DNA from: an uncultured Methanosarcinales archaeon
Lineage (GTDB): Archaea > Nanobdellota > Nanobdellia > Woesearchaeales > GW2011-AR9
Assembly: GCA_964344235.1 (NCBI GenBank)
Contig: CAYFMJ010000001.1
Coordinates: 192,001 to 256,000, forward strand
Direction of reading: 5' to 3'
Length of the DNA stretch: 64,000 bases
A program made the position numbers and the translations under genes. The first letter of the stretch is position 1. Every line of letters starts with the position of its first letter. The notes under the pieces were generated by a model, which saw only the letters and a program-made list of their open reading frames with translations, was not told where the DNA came from and ran no database searches. Positions 18,932 to 28,015 of this stretch are shown here, piece by piece.

Positions 18932-19430
18932 ATTGTTTTTTGATCTCTCTTGCTGATTTGTTAGTTGTTTGTTCCATTGTGTACCCTAATGATTCAACAG
19001 CTTCTTGCACTTCTTTCTCGGTTTGTGCTTCAATTTCAACAAAGGTGGGGATGTCGGGGAATGTATCAATTTCAAATCTCGCATTTTTCAGCTTGTATGA
19101 CTCTCGCTTTTTTGTTCCTTCATAAAAACGTTTGAAACCTAATTTGTCAAAAATTGTTACGGTGTCTTCAAAGCTCTCAGTCGTTGTTTCAATCTCTTCT
19201 CTCACTTTGAGTTTGCTGTTTTCTTTTTTTCCTTTGAAACATAATTCAACTTGTTCTCCTACTTTTCTCACACGTAATGTTTTTCCTTCTTTTTTGAGGT
19301 CTTCTGTTGGATAATCGAAGCAAACCATTTTAATTTCGCCGTCAAAGATTTTTTCAGCTTTTAGATTTTGGAGTTTTTTTCTGACTTCACCTACGTTGAT
19401 GTCTAATATCTTAACTTCGATCTCTTTCAT
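18921..19430 (-). CDS. CYTH-domain protein (class IV adenylate cyclase / triphosphate tunnel family)
   Basis: N-terminal EIEVK, LRVRK, K.R..Y, FVEIE. Confidence 0.9.
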   Translation of the reverse strand: MKEIEVKILDINVGEVRKKLQNLKAEKIFDGEIKMVCFDYPTEDLKKEGKTLRVRKVGEQVELCFKGKKENSKLKVREEIETTTESFEDTVTIFDKLGFKRFYEGTKKRESYKLKNARFEIDTFPDIPTFVEIEAQTEKEVQEAVESLGYTMEQTTNKSAREIKKQYGK

Positions 19431-20269
19431 TTCAACTTCCTCTCTAATTCTTTACGATATTCTTTTGCTTTGAATTCTCCTTTGAAGTAGTCTAACCTGC
19501 AGCATAATGATAATTTGTCGGCTAACATTCTTGCCGCTTTCCCGCGATCTTTTCGCTGTGCTTTTTGGATTAATTGGTGGGCAAAAATAACACCATATTT
19601 CGGTGAACGTGCACCTGTTTTCAAGTGCCTAAAGAGTGCTTTCTCTGCTCCTAGTAATTGGATGGTAGAAGCTGGGAACACCGCTAGTCTTTTGAGGCTT
19701 TTTCCATGTTCTAATAAGTCCGCGCCAATGGTTGGGCCGGCAAGTTCTAGCAGATTCGGACAATAAGATCTCATGACTTTGGTTAAGTATTCTTCATGTT
19801 GCTTGCGTAATTCAATGATGTTAAGAATTGTTTTGGAAAGTAGTTGCATTTCTTTCACGTGGAATGATTTAAGATCTGCACCCATCTCGCTGTGCTTGCG
19901 TTGTTTTAATGTTAATTTGGTAAAGTGTTCGTGGTTTTCCATAGAATTAGATAATTCTGGATAGTACAAACTGTACCACTCCCGTAGTCGCTTTGTATGG
20001 AGATTAATGGTCTTATCTAACTCGTTAATATTGGCAATTGTTTGGATAATGAGTTGGTCTTCTGTGACAGATTCTTTGATCGCTTTTTTTGTTATCTGAA
20101 GATTTTTTTTATGTAATTGTTGTAATGATTTTTTATCGGTGAAAGGTTCTAATGCTTGGAGAAGTTTCTTCTCAGGTAGAGTTTGCTTCGTTTTTTTGTT
20201 TGTTTTATGGAGATTATTGTTATTATCCACAATGAAGTTTCCTAATAGGTGCTTGAAGAAATATTTCAT
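19427..20269 (-). CDS. nop5: C/D box RNP scaffold Nop5 (Nop56/58)
   Basis: RLREWY..YYPEL, PASTIQLLGAEKALFRHL, PKYGVIF. Confidence 0.95.
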   Translation of the reverse strand: MKYFFKHLLGNFIVDNNNNLHKTNKKTKQTLPEKKLLQALEPFTDKKSLQQLHKKNLQITKKAIKESVTEDQLIIQTIANINELDKTINLHTKRLREWYSLYYPELSNSMENHEHFTKLTLKQRKHSEMGADLKSFHVKEMQLLSKTILNIIELRKQHEEYLTKVMRSYCPNLLELAGPTIGADLLEHGKSLKRLAVFPASTIQLLGAEKALFRHLKTGARSPKYGVIFAHQLIQKAQRKDRGKAARMLADKLSLCCRLDYFKGEFKAKEYRKELERKLK

Positions 20270-20303
20270 AAAACTGGGTAGACCATAAGGTATATAAACT
20301 TTA

Positions 20304-20564
20304 TTGGATCGGCTTGTGGAAGATATTCTGCGAGGCGTTGATTCTGTACGGTGTAATTATTGTCCGCATATTTTGGAGAAGGAATGGTTGGATTCTGAAT
20401 GGGACGAGGAGAAGCATTATAAAATTGTAAATTGTTGGGAATGTGGTAAGAAGAATTGGGTGAAAGCAGAGTTTGAGGGCTCAGGTCATGATCATGATTT
20501 ACATGGAAAAGGGTCGATAGAGTCAATGGTAAGGAAAGTGCAGTTTCGGGATATTAGAGATTAG
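20304..20564 (+). CDS. Small zinc-ribbon protein
   Basis: CNYC...CWEC, His-rich GHDHDLH; start uncertain (TTG 20304 or GTG 20316). Confidence 0.65.
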   Translation: MDRLVEDILRGVDSVRCNYCPHILEKEWLDSEWDEEKHYKIVNCWECGKKNWVKAEFEGSGHDHDLHGKGSIESMVRKVQFRDIRD

Positions 20565-20608
20565 GTATCGCTACAAAACTTATATAAAGTTTGATTACTG
20601 TTAATTCT

Positions 20609-20842
20609 ATGAAGTTTGTGTATTCACATCATTGGTTGCTTAAGAAACAATATCGTCCTGAGATTACTGATGATTTGATTGCCTATGCGATTGAGAATTC
20701 AAATGAACTTCGTGACAAACATTGGGTGAATGCTTCCAATGCAGTTTGCAGAGTTCCTCCAATGGGAAGAATCTTAAAAGTCGTGTATCGGAGAATTGGA
20801 AAGAACACAATAAAAATAATAACAGCGTTTTGGCTTGATTGA
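20609..20842 (+). CDS. Putative toxin, DUF4258/RelE-like
   Basis: HW..K...LKVVYRR...IKIITAFW; TTATATAAA box about 25 nt upstream of ATG 20609. Confidence 0.7.
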   Translation: MKFVYSHHWLLKKQYRPEITDDLIAYAIENSNELRDKHWVNASNAVCRVPPMGRILKVVYRRIGKNTIKIITAFWLD

Positions 20843-21057
20843 CAATGGAAAACACTTGGTATGATAAAGAAGAGGACATTCTGAATATTGAACTGAAGAA
20901 AGGAGAATATTGGAAGAGTGTTGAACTGCCAAATGGTGTGGTGATTGATATTGCCAAAGATGGTTCAATTACAGGGATAGAAATTTTGAGAGCGAGTAAA
21001 GTCTTTTCTGGAGATGTGAAAAAAGTGATTGAGCAAGCGAAACCAGCGGTGACTTGA
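20839..21057 (+). CDS. DUF2283-family antitoxin-like protein
   Basis: WYDKEEDILNI...VIDIAKDGSITGIEILRAS; overlaps the upstream toxin stop. Confidence 0.85.
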   Translation: MTMENTWYDKEEDILNIELKKGEYWKSVELPNGVVIDIAKDGSITGIEILRASKVFSGDVKKVIEQAKPAVT

Positions 21058-21522
21058 ATGATACAGGAAGGAATGGATGCACCGGATTTTGTGGCAGTGG
21101 ATCAAGGTAATAAAGAGGTAGCGTTGAGTGGTTTTGCAGGGAAATGGGTAGTATTATATTTCTACCCAAAAGATAATACTCCTGGTTGTACAATTGAGGC
21201 AGTGAATTTTAGTGCTAAGAAAGCAGAGTTTGAGGCTTTGGGAGCAGTTATTTTGGGTGTTTCACCAGATTCTGTGGAAAGTCACTGCAAATTTATAGAT
21301 AAGAAGAAGCTTACTATTACCTTGTTATCTGATGAGTCGAAGGAGTTATGTGAGAAATATGGTGTTTGGCAGTTGAAGAAGTTTATGGGGAGAGAGTATA
21401 TGGGTGTTGTTCGTTCAACGTTTTTGATATCTCCTGACGGGAAGATTGCAGCTGTATGGAGCCCTGTTAAGGTTAAGGGTCATGTTGATGATGTGTTGGA
21501 GAAAGTTAAAGGGTTGCAGTAG
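21058..21522 (+). CDS. bcp: Peroxiredoxin Bcp/PrxQ
   Basis: LYFYPKDNTPGCTIEA, GVSPDSVESHCKF, RSTFLI. Confidence 0.95.
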   Translation: MIQEGMDAPDFVAVDQGNKEVALSGFAGKWVVLYFYPKDNTPGCTIEAVNFSAKKAEFEALGAVILGVSPDSVESHCKFIDKKKLTITLLSDESKELCEKYGVWQLKKFMGREYMGVVRSTFLISPDGKIAAVWSPVKVKGHVDDVLEKVKGLQ

Positions 21523-21548
21523 GAACAATATACTTATTTCACCGATAT

Positions 21549-21797
21549 CTTTATAAACAAATCACATTCTCAAGCGAATACTTTAACCAAAATCGATTAA
21601 AGTGCGGTAATTACACTGCTTTTCACGAAAAGTAAATAATTGCGGCAAACTGGCCTGAGAAAGTGATCATCAAAATTCTTGATGTGAACTGGTAGAGGCT
21701 GTTTATCACACGAAATGGAGCAAGAGTATTAGATATACTCTAGATTTAACTATATCAGAAATTGTACGCAATTTCTGGAATATTGAGGAGACTCAAC
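21549..21797 (+). promoter_or_regulatory. TATA box plus about 220-nt structured leader of the rpl3 operon
   Basis: CTTTATAAAC (21549-58); hairpins AGAGTAT/ATACTCT (21723-41) and CAGAAATTG-TACG-CAATTTCTG (21756-77); GAGGAG SD. Confidence 0.55.
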
Positions 21798-22763
21798 ATG
21801 CCTAAAGCACATAACCCGCGTCGAGGAAGTATGCAGTTTTGGCCGAGGAAACGGTCACGACATTCGTTAGTTCGAGTTAGAGCGTGGGCTACCAATAATA
21901 AAGCTAAACCATTAGGGTTTATTTGCTATAAAGCTGGGATGACACATGTCATGGCGACTGATAATCGGGCAAAAAGTCTGACGAAAGGTCAAACTGTTTC
22001 CTTGCCGGTGACGATTATTGAATGTCCTGCAATGACTGTTATTGGTGCTGCTTTCTATACAAAATCTTTACGTGGGTTACGAAAAATTTCTTCTGTGTTC
22101 GCTGAAAAATTATCTGATAAACATCTGAAAAAAATGATGACTTTACCTAAAAAACAGGGTAAAAAGTTGGAAGATATTACTGAATTCGATGATGTACGGT
22201 TATTGGTCCATTCAAACCCAAGCAAAACTGGTGTTGGAACAAAGAAACCACATGTATTAGAAGTTGCATTAGGCGGTTCAAAAGATGATAAGATTGCGTA
22301 TGTGAAGGAAATGTTAGGAAAAGAACTTGCTGTGCAAGATGTATTTGAAGCAGGCGAAGTTATTGACGTGCATGGGATTACCAAAGGAAAAGGTTTCCAG
22401 GGAACTGTTAAGAGATATGGTGTCCCTATTAGACAGCACAAGTCCGAGAAAACAAAGAGGGGTATTGGTAACTTGGGTGCGTGGACGCCGAAGAGAGTAG
22501 ATTATCGTGTTCCCCAGCCCGGTAAGATGGGATACCATTTACGAACAGAGTATAATAAACAGATTCTTTCTCTTGGCGAAGAGGGTAAAGACGTTACACC
22601 AAAAGGTGGAATTACGAAGTTTGGTGTTGTGAAAAATAATTATCTTTTAGTTCATGGTTCAGTTGTTGGACCTCGTAAAAGAGCTCTTGTGCTGACGCAA
22701 GCATTACGATTACATAAAAAAATTCAGAAGGATGCATTTACAATTAATGCAGTGACGGTATAA
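21798..22763 (+). CDS. rpl3: 50S ribosomal protein uL3
   Basis: MPKAHNPRRGSMQFWPRKR, YKAGMTH, TKGKGFQG; start moved to ATG 21798. Confidence 0.97.
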   Translation: MPKAHNPRRGSMQFWPRKRSRHSLVRVRAWATNNKAKPLGFICYKAGMTHVMATDNRAKSLTKGQTVSLPVTIIECPAMTVIGAAFYTKSLRGLRKISSVFAEKLSDKHLKKMMTLPKKQGKKLEDITEFDDVRLLVHSNPSKTGVGTKKPHVLEVALGGSKDDKIAYVKEMLGKELAVQDVFEAGEVIDVHGITKGKGFQGTVKRYGVPIRQHKSEKTKRGIGNLGAWTPKRVDYRVPQPGKMGYHLRTEYNKQILSLGEEGKDVTPKGGITKFGVVKNNYLLVHGSVVGPRKRALVLTQALRLHKKIQKDAFTINAVTV

Positions 22764-22764
22764 A

Positions 22765-23571
22765 ATGAAAGTAGCAGTAGTAGACTTACAAAAGAAGAAA
22801 ACTGGAGAGAAGGATTTACCTAGTCAGTTTACTGAAGAGTTCCGGCCAGGTTTGATTCGGAGGGCTGTGTTAGCGTTACAAAGTAAAGCTCGACAAGCAT
22901 ACGGTGCTCATCCTGACGCAGGACAAAGACATTCTTCTGAATTAAGTAAGAGACGGCGAAAATACCGTGGAAGTTATGGTTTTGGTATTTCACGGGTTAA
23001 TAGAAAGATTCATTCACGTAGAGGAACTCGGTTTTTCTGGGTTGGTGCAACATCTCCTCAAACAAGAGGCGGACGACGAGCACATGCACCGAAAGCAGAG
23101 AAGAGTTTTGTGCAGAATATCAATAAGAAAGAGAATAAGAAAGCGATTCGATCCGCAATTGGAGCAACGGTTGATGCTACTGTTGTTGGTTCACGGGGCC
23201 ATAAAGTTCCTGCAGAATATCCGTTTGTTGTGGCAGCTGCACTTGAGGGTGTAGGAAAAGCAACAGATGTACAAGCAGCGTTAGTTGCGTTAGGATTTAG
23301 TGAGGAATTGCAGAGGACGTTAGTTAAGAAAGTGCGAGCAGGTATTGGAAAGTTACGTGGTAGAAAGTATCGACGTAAGAAAGGAGTATTAATTGTTGTA
23401 AGTGAAAATTGTCCTTTAGTAAAAGCGGGATCAAACATTCCTGGTGTGGATGTTGTTCCGGTAAGTGCGTTGAATGCAGAGGTATTAGCACCAGGGGCAA
23501 TGGCTGGAAGAGTTACGTTATGGACTGAGAAAGCAGTTGATGTGTTAGGAGAGAAAAAGTTATTCGTATAA
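22765..23571 (+). CDS. rpl4: 50S ribosomal protein uL4
   Basis: RGGRRAHAPK, INKKE, LAPGAMAGRVTLWT. Confidence 0.97.
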   Translation: MKVAVVDLQKKKTGEKDLPSQFTEEFRPGLIRRAVLALQSKARQAYGAHPDAGQRHSSELSKRRRKYRGSYGFGISRVNRKIHSRRGTRFFWVGATSPQTRGGRRAHAPKAEKSFVQNINKKENKKAIRSAIGATVDATVVGSRGHKVPAEYPFVVAAALEGVGKATDVQAALVALGFSEELQRTLVKKVRAGIGKLRGRKYRRKKGVLIVVSENCPLVKAGSNIPGVDVVPVSALNAEVLAPGAMAGRVTLWTEKAVDVLGEKKLFV

Positions 23572-23572
23572 A

Positions 23573-23881
23573 ATGGCAGAAGCAAAGAAAACGGAAACTG
23601 TACCGAAGATTGAAGCAGTGTTTGATCCGTATGAAATTATCAAGTATCCTCTGTCAACAGAAAAAAGTATTCGACAAATTGAGTTTGATAACAAATTAGT
23701 GTTTGCAGTACATCCACGAGCAACGAAGCGGGACGTGAAGCGAGCAGTTGAAGAATTATTTAGTGTGAAAGTAGCAAAGGTAACAATGCACAATGCATTT
23801 CAGGGTCAAAAAAGGGCTTTTGTGAAGCTTGGTCCTGAGCATCTAGCAAGCGATGTCAGTGCAGATTTAGGGTTAATCTAA
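23573..23881 (+). CDS. rpl23: 50S ribosomal protein uL23
   Basis: IIKYPLSTEK, NKLVFAV, KRAFVKL. Confidence 0.95.
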   Translation: MAEAKKTETVPKIEAVFDPYEIIKYPLSTEKSIRQIEFDNKLVFAVHPRATKRDVKRAVEELFSVKVAKVTMHNAFQGQKRAFVKLGPEHLASDVSADLGLI

Positions 23882-23882
23882 G

Positions 23883-24587
23883 ATGGGTAAGCGATTAATA
23901 CAACAACGACGAGGACGGGGAACTCACACCTATAAGTCACCTAGCTTCCGCTTTAAGGGAGAAGTAAAACATATGGCTGTTCCGACAACCGGAAAAGTTG
24001 TTGATTTAATCCATTGTGCTGGTCACAGTACACCTCTAATGGAAGTTACCTATTTGACGGGAGAAAAGAAGTTAGCATTCGCACCGGAAGGAATTCAAGT
24101 TGGAGACGAGATTATTGTTGGTGGCGATGCAAATGTACAGAAAGGAAACGTATTATGTTTGGGTGATATCCCAGAAGGAACGTTAGTTCATAATATTGAG
24201 TTACGGCCGGGGGATGGTGGGAAGTTAGTACGAAGTTCCGGCGCTGCTGCGAAAGTCGTTGCGAAAACAGATACAGCGGTTCGAGTAGTATTACCATCAA
24301 AGAAAGAGAAGAAATTCCTCCCAAGTTGTCGGGCAGCGATTGGCGTATTAGCGGGTTCGGGCAGAGTGGATAAGCCGTTCTTGAAAGCAGGAAACAAGTA
24401 TAAGAAAATGCGAGCACGAAACAAGTTATATCCAAAAGTATGTGGTATTTCGATGAACGCAGTGGACCACCCGTTCGGAAGTGGGTGTTCACACCAAAAA
24501 GGAAGACCTACCTTGTCTTCACGACATGCACCGCCTGGACGTAAAGTGGGTAAGATTGCACCGCGGAGAACAGGGAAGAGGAAATAA
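23883..24587 (+). CDS. rpl2: 50S ribosomal protein uL2
   Basis: MGKRLIQQRRGRG, MNAVDHPFGSG, PPGRKVG. Confidence 0.97.
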   Translation: MGKRLIQQRRGRGTHTYKSPSFRFKGEVKHMAVPTTGKVVDLIHCAGHSTPLMEVTYLTGEKKLAFAPEGIQVGDEIIVGGDANVQKGNVLCLGDIPEGTLVHNIELRPGDGGKLVRSSGAAAKVVAKTDTAVRVVLPSKKEKKFLPSCRAAIGVLAGSGRVDKPFLKAGNKYKKMRARNKLYPKVCGISMNAVDHPFGSGCSHQKGRPTLSSRHAPPGRKVGKIAPRRTGKRK

Positions 24588-24596
24588 GGATACAAA

Positions 24597-24980
24597 ATGG
24601 CAATAAAACAATTCATGTGGCAAGGGAAAACTGTGGAAGAGATTAAAGAGTTAGAACTGAAGCAGTTTATGGAACTCATTCCAACACGAGCACGTCGATC
24701 GTTAAAGCGAGGCTTTGATGACCGTCAGAAGAAATTGGTAGAAGAGTTAGAAGCAGGAAAAGATAATATCAAAACACACTGTCGAAACATGGTTGTATTG
24801 CCAGTTATGTTGGGAAAAACAATTCGAGTGCACACGGGTAAAGATTTCGTACCTATCATGATTCAACCAGAAATGTTGGGACATTTCTTGGGAGAATTTG
24901 CATTAAGTCGAAAAATGGTAACACACAGCTCAGCAGGAGTTGGAGCAACACGATCAAGTAAAGCGGCATCCGCACGATAA
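24597..24980 (+). CDS. rps19: 30S ribosomal protein uS19
   Basis: IKTHCRNMVVLP, EMLGHFLGEF, GVGATRSS. Confidence 0.96.
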   Translation: MAIKQFMWQGKTVEEIKELELKQFMELIPTRARRSLKRGFDDRQKKLVEELEAGKDNIKTHCRNMVVLPVMLGKTIRVHTGKDFVPIMIQPEMLGHFLGEFALSRKMVTHSSAGVGATRSSKAASAR

Positions 24981-24985
24981 AGACA

Positions 24986-25993
24986 ATGACACAACAACAA
25001 ACAGACGCAGTACATAGCGCTTCCGCAAAAGCGTTGAACTTAGACATCTCTACTAAGCAGAGCGTTGAGATTAGTCACGTATTGCGGTATCGAAGTACCT
25101 CTTTTGCAAAGAAGTTTTTAGAGGGTGTTGTTGCTGGAAAACAAGCAGTACCAATGAAGAAGTATAATCGAGATACCGGGCATAAAGTAGGTAGAATTGC
25201 TGCGGGGAAATTCCCGCAGAAAGCCGCAGGTAAGTTTTTGAAACTTGTGAAAGCAGTGGAAGCGAATGCACAGAATAAAGGATTAAATGCAGACAGTTTA
25301 AAGATTACAAAATTAGTTGCGAATAAAGCGTCTACGCCTCTTACTGGTGGAAGACATAGACAAGGAACAAAGAGAACACATATTGAGATTGAAGTTAAAG
25401 AAGGTGTTGCAAAGAAGGAAGCTGAGAAGCGAGTTCAGAAAGAGAAGAAGACTGAAGTGAAGAAAGAAACACCTGTAGCGGAGAAAGTTATTGAGAAGAA
25501 AGCTGCTGTTGAAGAAAAGAAGGTAGAAACCAAGGCGGAACCGGTAGTTGAGAAGAAGGAAGACGTTATTGAAGAAGCTGCGCAGCCTGCTGAAGAGAAA
25601 GTTGAACCAGTTGCAGAACCTGTTGTTGAGGAGAAGAAAGAAGAACCAGTACAGGAAGAAAAGCCAGCAGAACCAGTTGCAGAAGTACCTGCTGAAATTC
25701 CGGCTGAGGAGAAACCTGTTGGGGAAGCTCCAGTAGAAGAGAAGCGGGAAGCGGTTGTTGAGAAACCAGCTCCAGTTATGAAAGAAGTCTTACCTGAAGA
25801 AGTAGCTGCACCGGCTGTTGAACCTGCTCCTGTTGAAGAGTTATCTTCGGAAGCATTATTGGCTAGAGCACAAGCAAAGGCAGCAGAGTTAAATAAAGTT
25901 GAGGAAAAAGATAAGAATGTGGAGGAAGTCTCGTCTCTGTTTGAGCAATTACAGAAGAAAGGAACATTACGAGATGATAAGGATAAAAAATGA
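24986..25993 (+). CDS. rpl22: 50S ribosomal protein uL22 with about 190-aa E/A/P/K/V-rich C-terminal extension
   Basis: ISTKQSVEI, GKFPQKAA, VEANAQNKGL, THIEI, followed by a low-complexity tail. Confidence 0.93.
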   Translation: MTQQQTDAVHSASAKALNLDISTKQSVEISHVLRYRSTSFAKKFLEGVVAGKQAVPMKKYNRDTGHKVGRIAAGKFPQKAAGKFLKLVKAVEANAQNKGLNADSLKITKLVANKASTPLTGGRHRQGTKRTHIEIEVKEGVAKKEAEKRVQKEKKTEVKKETPVAEKVIEKKAAVEEKKVETKAEPVVEKKEDVIEEAAQPAEEKVEPVAEPVVEEKKEEPVQEEKPAEPVAEVPAEIPAEEKPVGEAPVEEKREAVVEKPAPVMKEVLPEEVAAPAVEPAPVEELSSEALLARAQAKAAELNKVEEKDKNVEEVSSLFEQLQKKGTLRDDKDKK

Positions 25994-26823
25994 TTGAGCG
26001 TGAGTTTATTAGCAGAAAAACGAAAGAGTACTACATTAAGAAATACGTAGAGAATAAACTGCACGGCGTTGGTATCTCTAGCATTAAGTTAAAGAAAATT
26101 CCTCTGGGAGAGAAAATTATTATTCACACAAGCAGACCAAGTTTAATCGTTGGTTCGAGAGGATCTAATATTAAAGAATTAACAAAACATCTAAAATCAG
26201 AATTTAAGTTAGAAAATCCACAGATTGAAATTGGGGAAGTCAAAGATATTTTCCTAGATGCGAATATTGTTGCAAACAGAATTGCTTCTTCATTAGAGCG
26301 ATTTGGGTCTGCACGGTTTAAAGGAACTGGTCATAAAGTTATGTCTAATGTCTTAGCAGCGGGCGCGTTAGGAGTAGAGATCATTTTGTCTGGAAAGATT
26401 CCTGGTGCGCGAGCGAAGAGTTGGAGATTCTATCAGGGTTATCTGAAGAAGTGTGGTGACGTTGCATTTAGTGGTGTACGAAAAGCACAGAAAGCTGCAT
26501 TATTGAAAAGTGGAATTATTGGAATTAAAGTTGCGATTATGCCGCCAAATATTGTATTGCCGGATACGGTTGAAGTATTGGATGAACCGATTCAAGTGAT
26601 TGAAGAGGTTACTGAAGAGAAGCCGAAGAAGAAAGCAACGAAGAAGCGAACAAGCAAGAAGAAAGTTGAGAAGAAAGAAGAAGCTGTTGAAGAAGCTGCA
26701 AAGCCTGTGGAAGAACCGAAGCAGGAAGAAGTTGCTGAAGAAAAACCAGCTGCTGAGGAAGCAACTGAAGAACCAGCACAGGAAGAAAAGCCGGCTGAAG
26801 AAGCGAAGGAGGGAGCACAATGA
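25990..26823 (+). CDS. rps3: 30S ribosomal protein uS3 with acidic tail
   Basis: RPSLIVGSRG, GALGVEIILSGK, GIIGIKVAIMPP. Confidence 0.96.
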   Translation: MIEREFISRKTKEYYIKKYVENKLHGVGISSIKLKKIPLGEKIIIHTSRPSLIVGSRGSNIKELTKHLKSEFKLENPQIEIGEVKDIFLDANIVANRIASSLERFGSARFKGTGHKVMSNVLAAGALGVEIILSGKIPGARAKSWRFYQGYLKKCGDVAFSGVRKAQKAALLKSGIIGIKVAIMPPNIVLPDTVEVLDEPIQVIEEVTEEKPKKKATKKRTSKKKVEKKEEAVEEAAKPVEEPKQEEVAEEKPAAEEATEEPAQEEKPAEEAKEGAQ

Positions 26824-27023
26824 AAGTGACTAAAGAACTTCGCAATTTATCTCGAGAAGAGTTACAGGCACGGTTACAAGAATTTAAAAAAGAACTATTA
26901 AAATTACAAGGACAAGTAGCATCTGGAGCGCAAGCAGCGAACCCAGGTAAGTTACGGCAGACGAAAAAAAATATTGCAAGAGTATTAACATTATTGCAGG
27001 AGAATGGGGTGGGCTTAGCATAG
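26820..27023 (+). CDS. rpl29: 50S ribosomal protein uL29
   Basis: ELRNLSREEL, NPGKLRQTKKNIARVLT. Confidence 0.95.
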   Translation: MKVTKELRNLSREELQARLQEFKKELLKLQGQVASGAQAANPGKLRQTKKNIARVLTLLQENGVGLA

Positions 27024-27329
27024 ATGGTAGGTGTATGTAATCAATGCGGATTACCTCAAGACCTTTGCGTCTGTGAGACAATTGCTCGTGAACAACAACG
27101 GATCACGGTCAAAATCGAAAAACGAAAATTCGGCAAGAAGTATACTGTCGTCGGCGGTATCAAGAAAGAAGCGAATGTCGATGAAATCGTCAAGAAGCTA
27201 AAGTCAAAGTTTGCTTGCGGCGGAACTGCTAAGGGTGGACAAATTGAACTTCAGGGTGATCATCGGGCGCGGATTAAAGCAGCGCTGGTTGACTTGGGCT
27301 TCCCCGAAGAAACAATTGACGTTGCGTAA
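27024..27329 (+). CDS. sui1: Translation initiation factor aIF1 (SUI1)
   Basis: CGLPQDLCVC, LKSKFACGGT, IELQGDHR. Confidence 0.95.
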   Translation: MVGVCNQCGLPQDLCVCETIAREQQRITVKIEKRKFGKKYTVVGGIKKEANVDEIVKKLKSKFACGGTAKGGQIELQGDHRARIKAALVDLGFPEETIDVA

Positions 27330-27377
27330 CTGCAACGAAATGCATCAAAACACAAGGTTTTGGTGTGGGAAACAATC

Positions 27378-27629
27378 ATGGCACGAACAAAAGCATTCCC
27401 TCATGAACTGATTGGGGAAGAAGTAGTGGTTGTGGAAGCAACGAATGAGTCTCTGCGAGGAATGCAGGGGGTTGTAGTTGATGAAACAAAAAACATGATC
27501 TCTCTGGAGTTACATGGAGAGAGGAAGAACGTGCTGAAACGTGGCATTGTGTTAAAGCTGCTTCGGACTGGTGAGTTGGTTCGAGGTGAGGAATTGACAC
27601 GGCGCTCAGAAGACCGACTGAAAGGTTAG
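27378..27629 (+). CDS. rnp1: RNase P protein subunit Rpp29/Pop4
   Basis: HELIGEEV.V, G.VVDETKN, RSEDRLK; conserved position before rps17. Confidence 0.9.
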   Translation: MARTKAFPHELIGEEVVVVEATNESLRGMQGVVVDETKNMISLELHGERKNVLKRGIVLKLLRTGELVRGEELTRRSEDRLKG

Positions 27630-27637
27630 AAAAACAA

Positions 27638-28015
27638 ATGGCAACAAAAACAACAATCCGAAAGGAAGTACTTGGAATCAAAGCTCCTGCAGGGGCTTCA
27701 GATAGTGCAAACTATGATAAAAATTGTCCGTTCACCGGTGGTTTAGCAGTGAAGAACGAATTACTGAAGGGTAAAGTTATCCGGAAAGACATTCATAAAT
27801 CGGCGACGATTGAATGGGAGAAAGCGTATCGCGTACCAAAGTATGAGCGGTTTGCAGTAAAGAAGTCACGGTTACGGGTTCACAATCCGCCTGCGATTGA
27901 TGCGCAGATTGGTCAGACTGTTTTGGTAGCAAGAACACGGCCATTGAGTAAAACGAAGAATCATGTTATTATCAAAATCTTAAGTGATGAGGAAACAACT
28001 CATGAGAGCAATTAA
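27638..28015 (+). CDS. rps17: 30S ribosomal protein uS17
   Basis: DKNCPFTG, VPKYERF, TRPLSKTK. Confidence 0.96.
   Translation: MATKTTIRKEVLGIKAPAGASDSANYDKNCPFTGGLAVKNELLKGKVIRKDIHKSATIEWEKAYRVPKYERFAVKKSRLRVHNPPAIDAQIGQTVLVARTRPLSKTKNHVIIKILSDEETTHESN

Noticed and set aside
25435-26820. Repetitive GAAGAA/CCAG motifs as a possible CRISPR or tandem repeat array
   Set aside because: In-frame low-complexity coding sequence without fixed-length repeats or spacers; no cas genes in the window.
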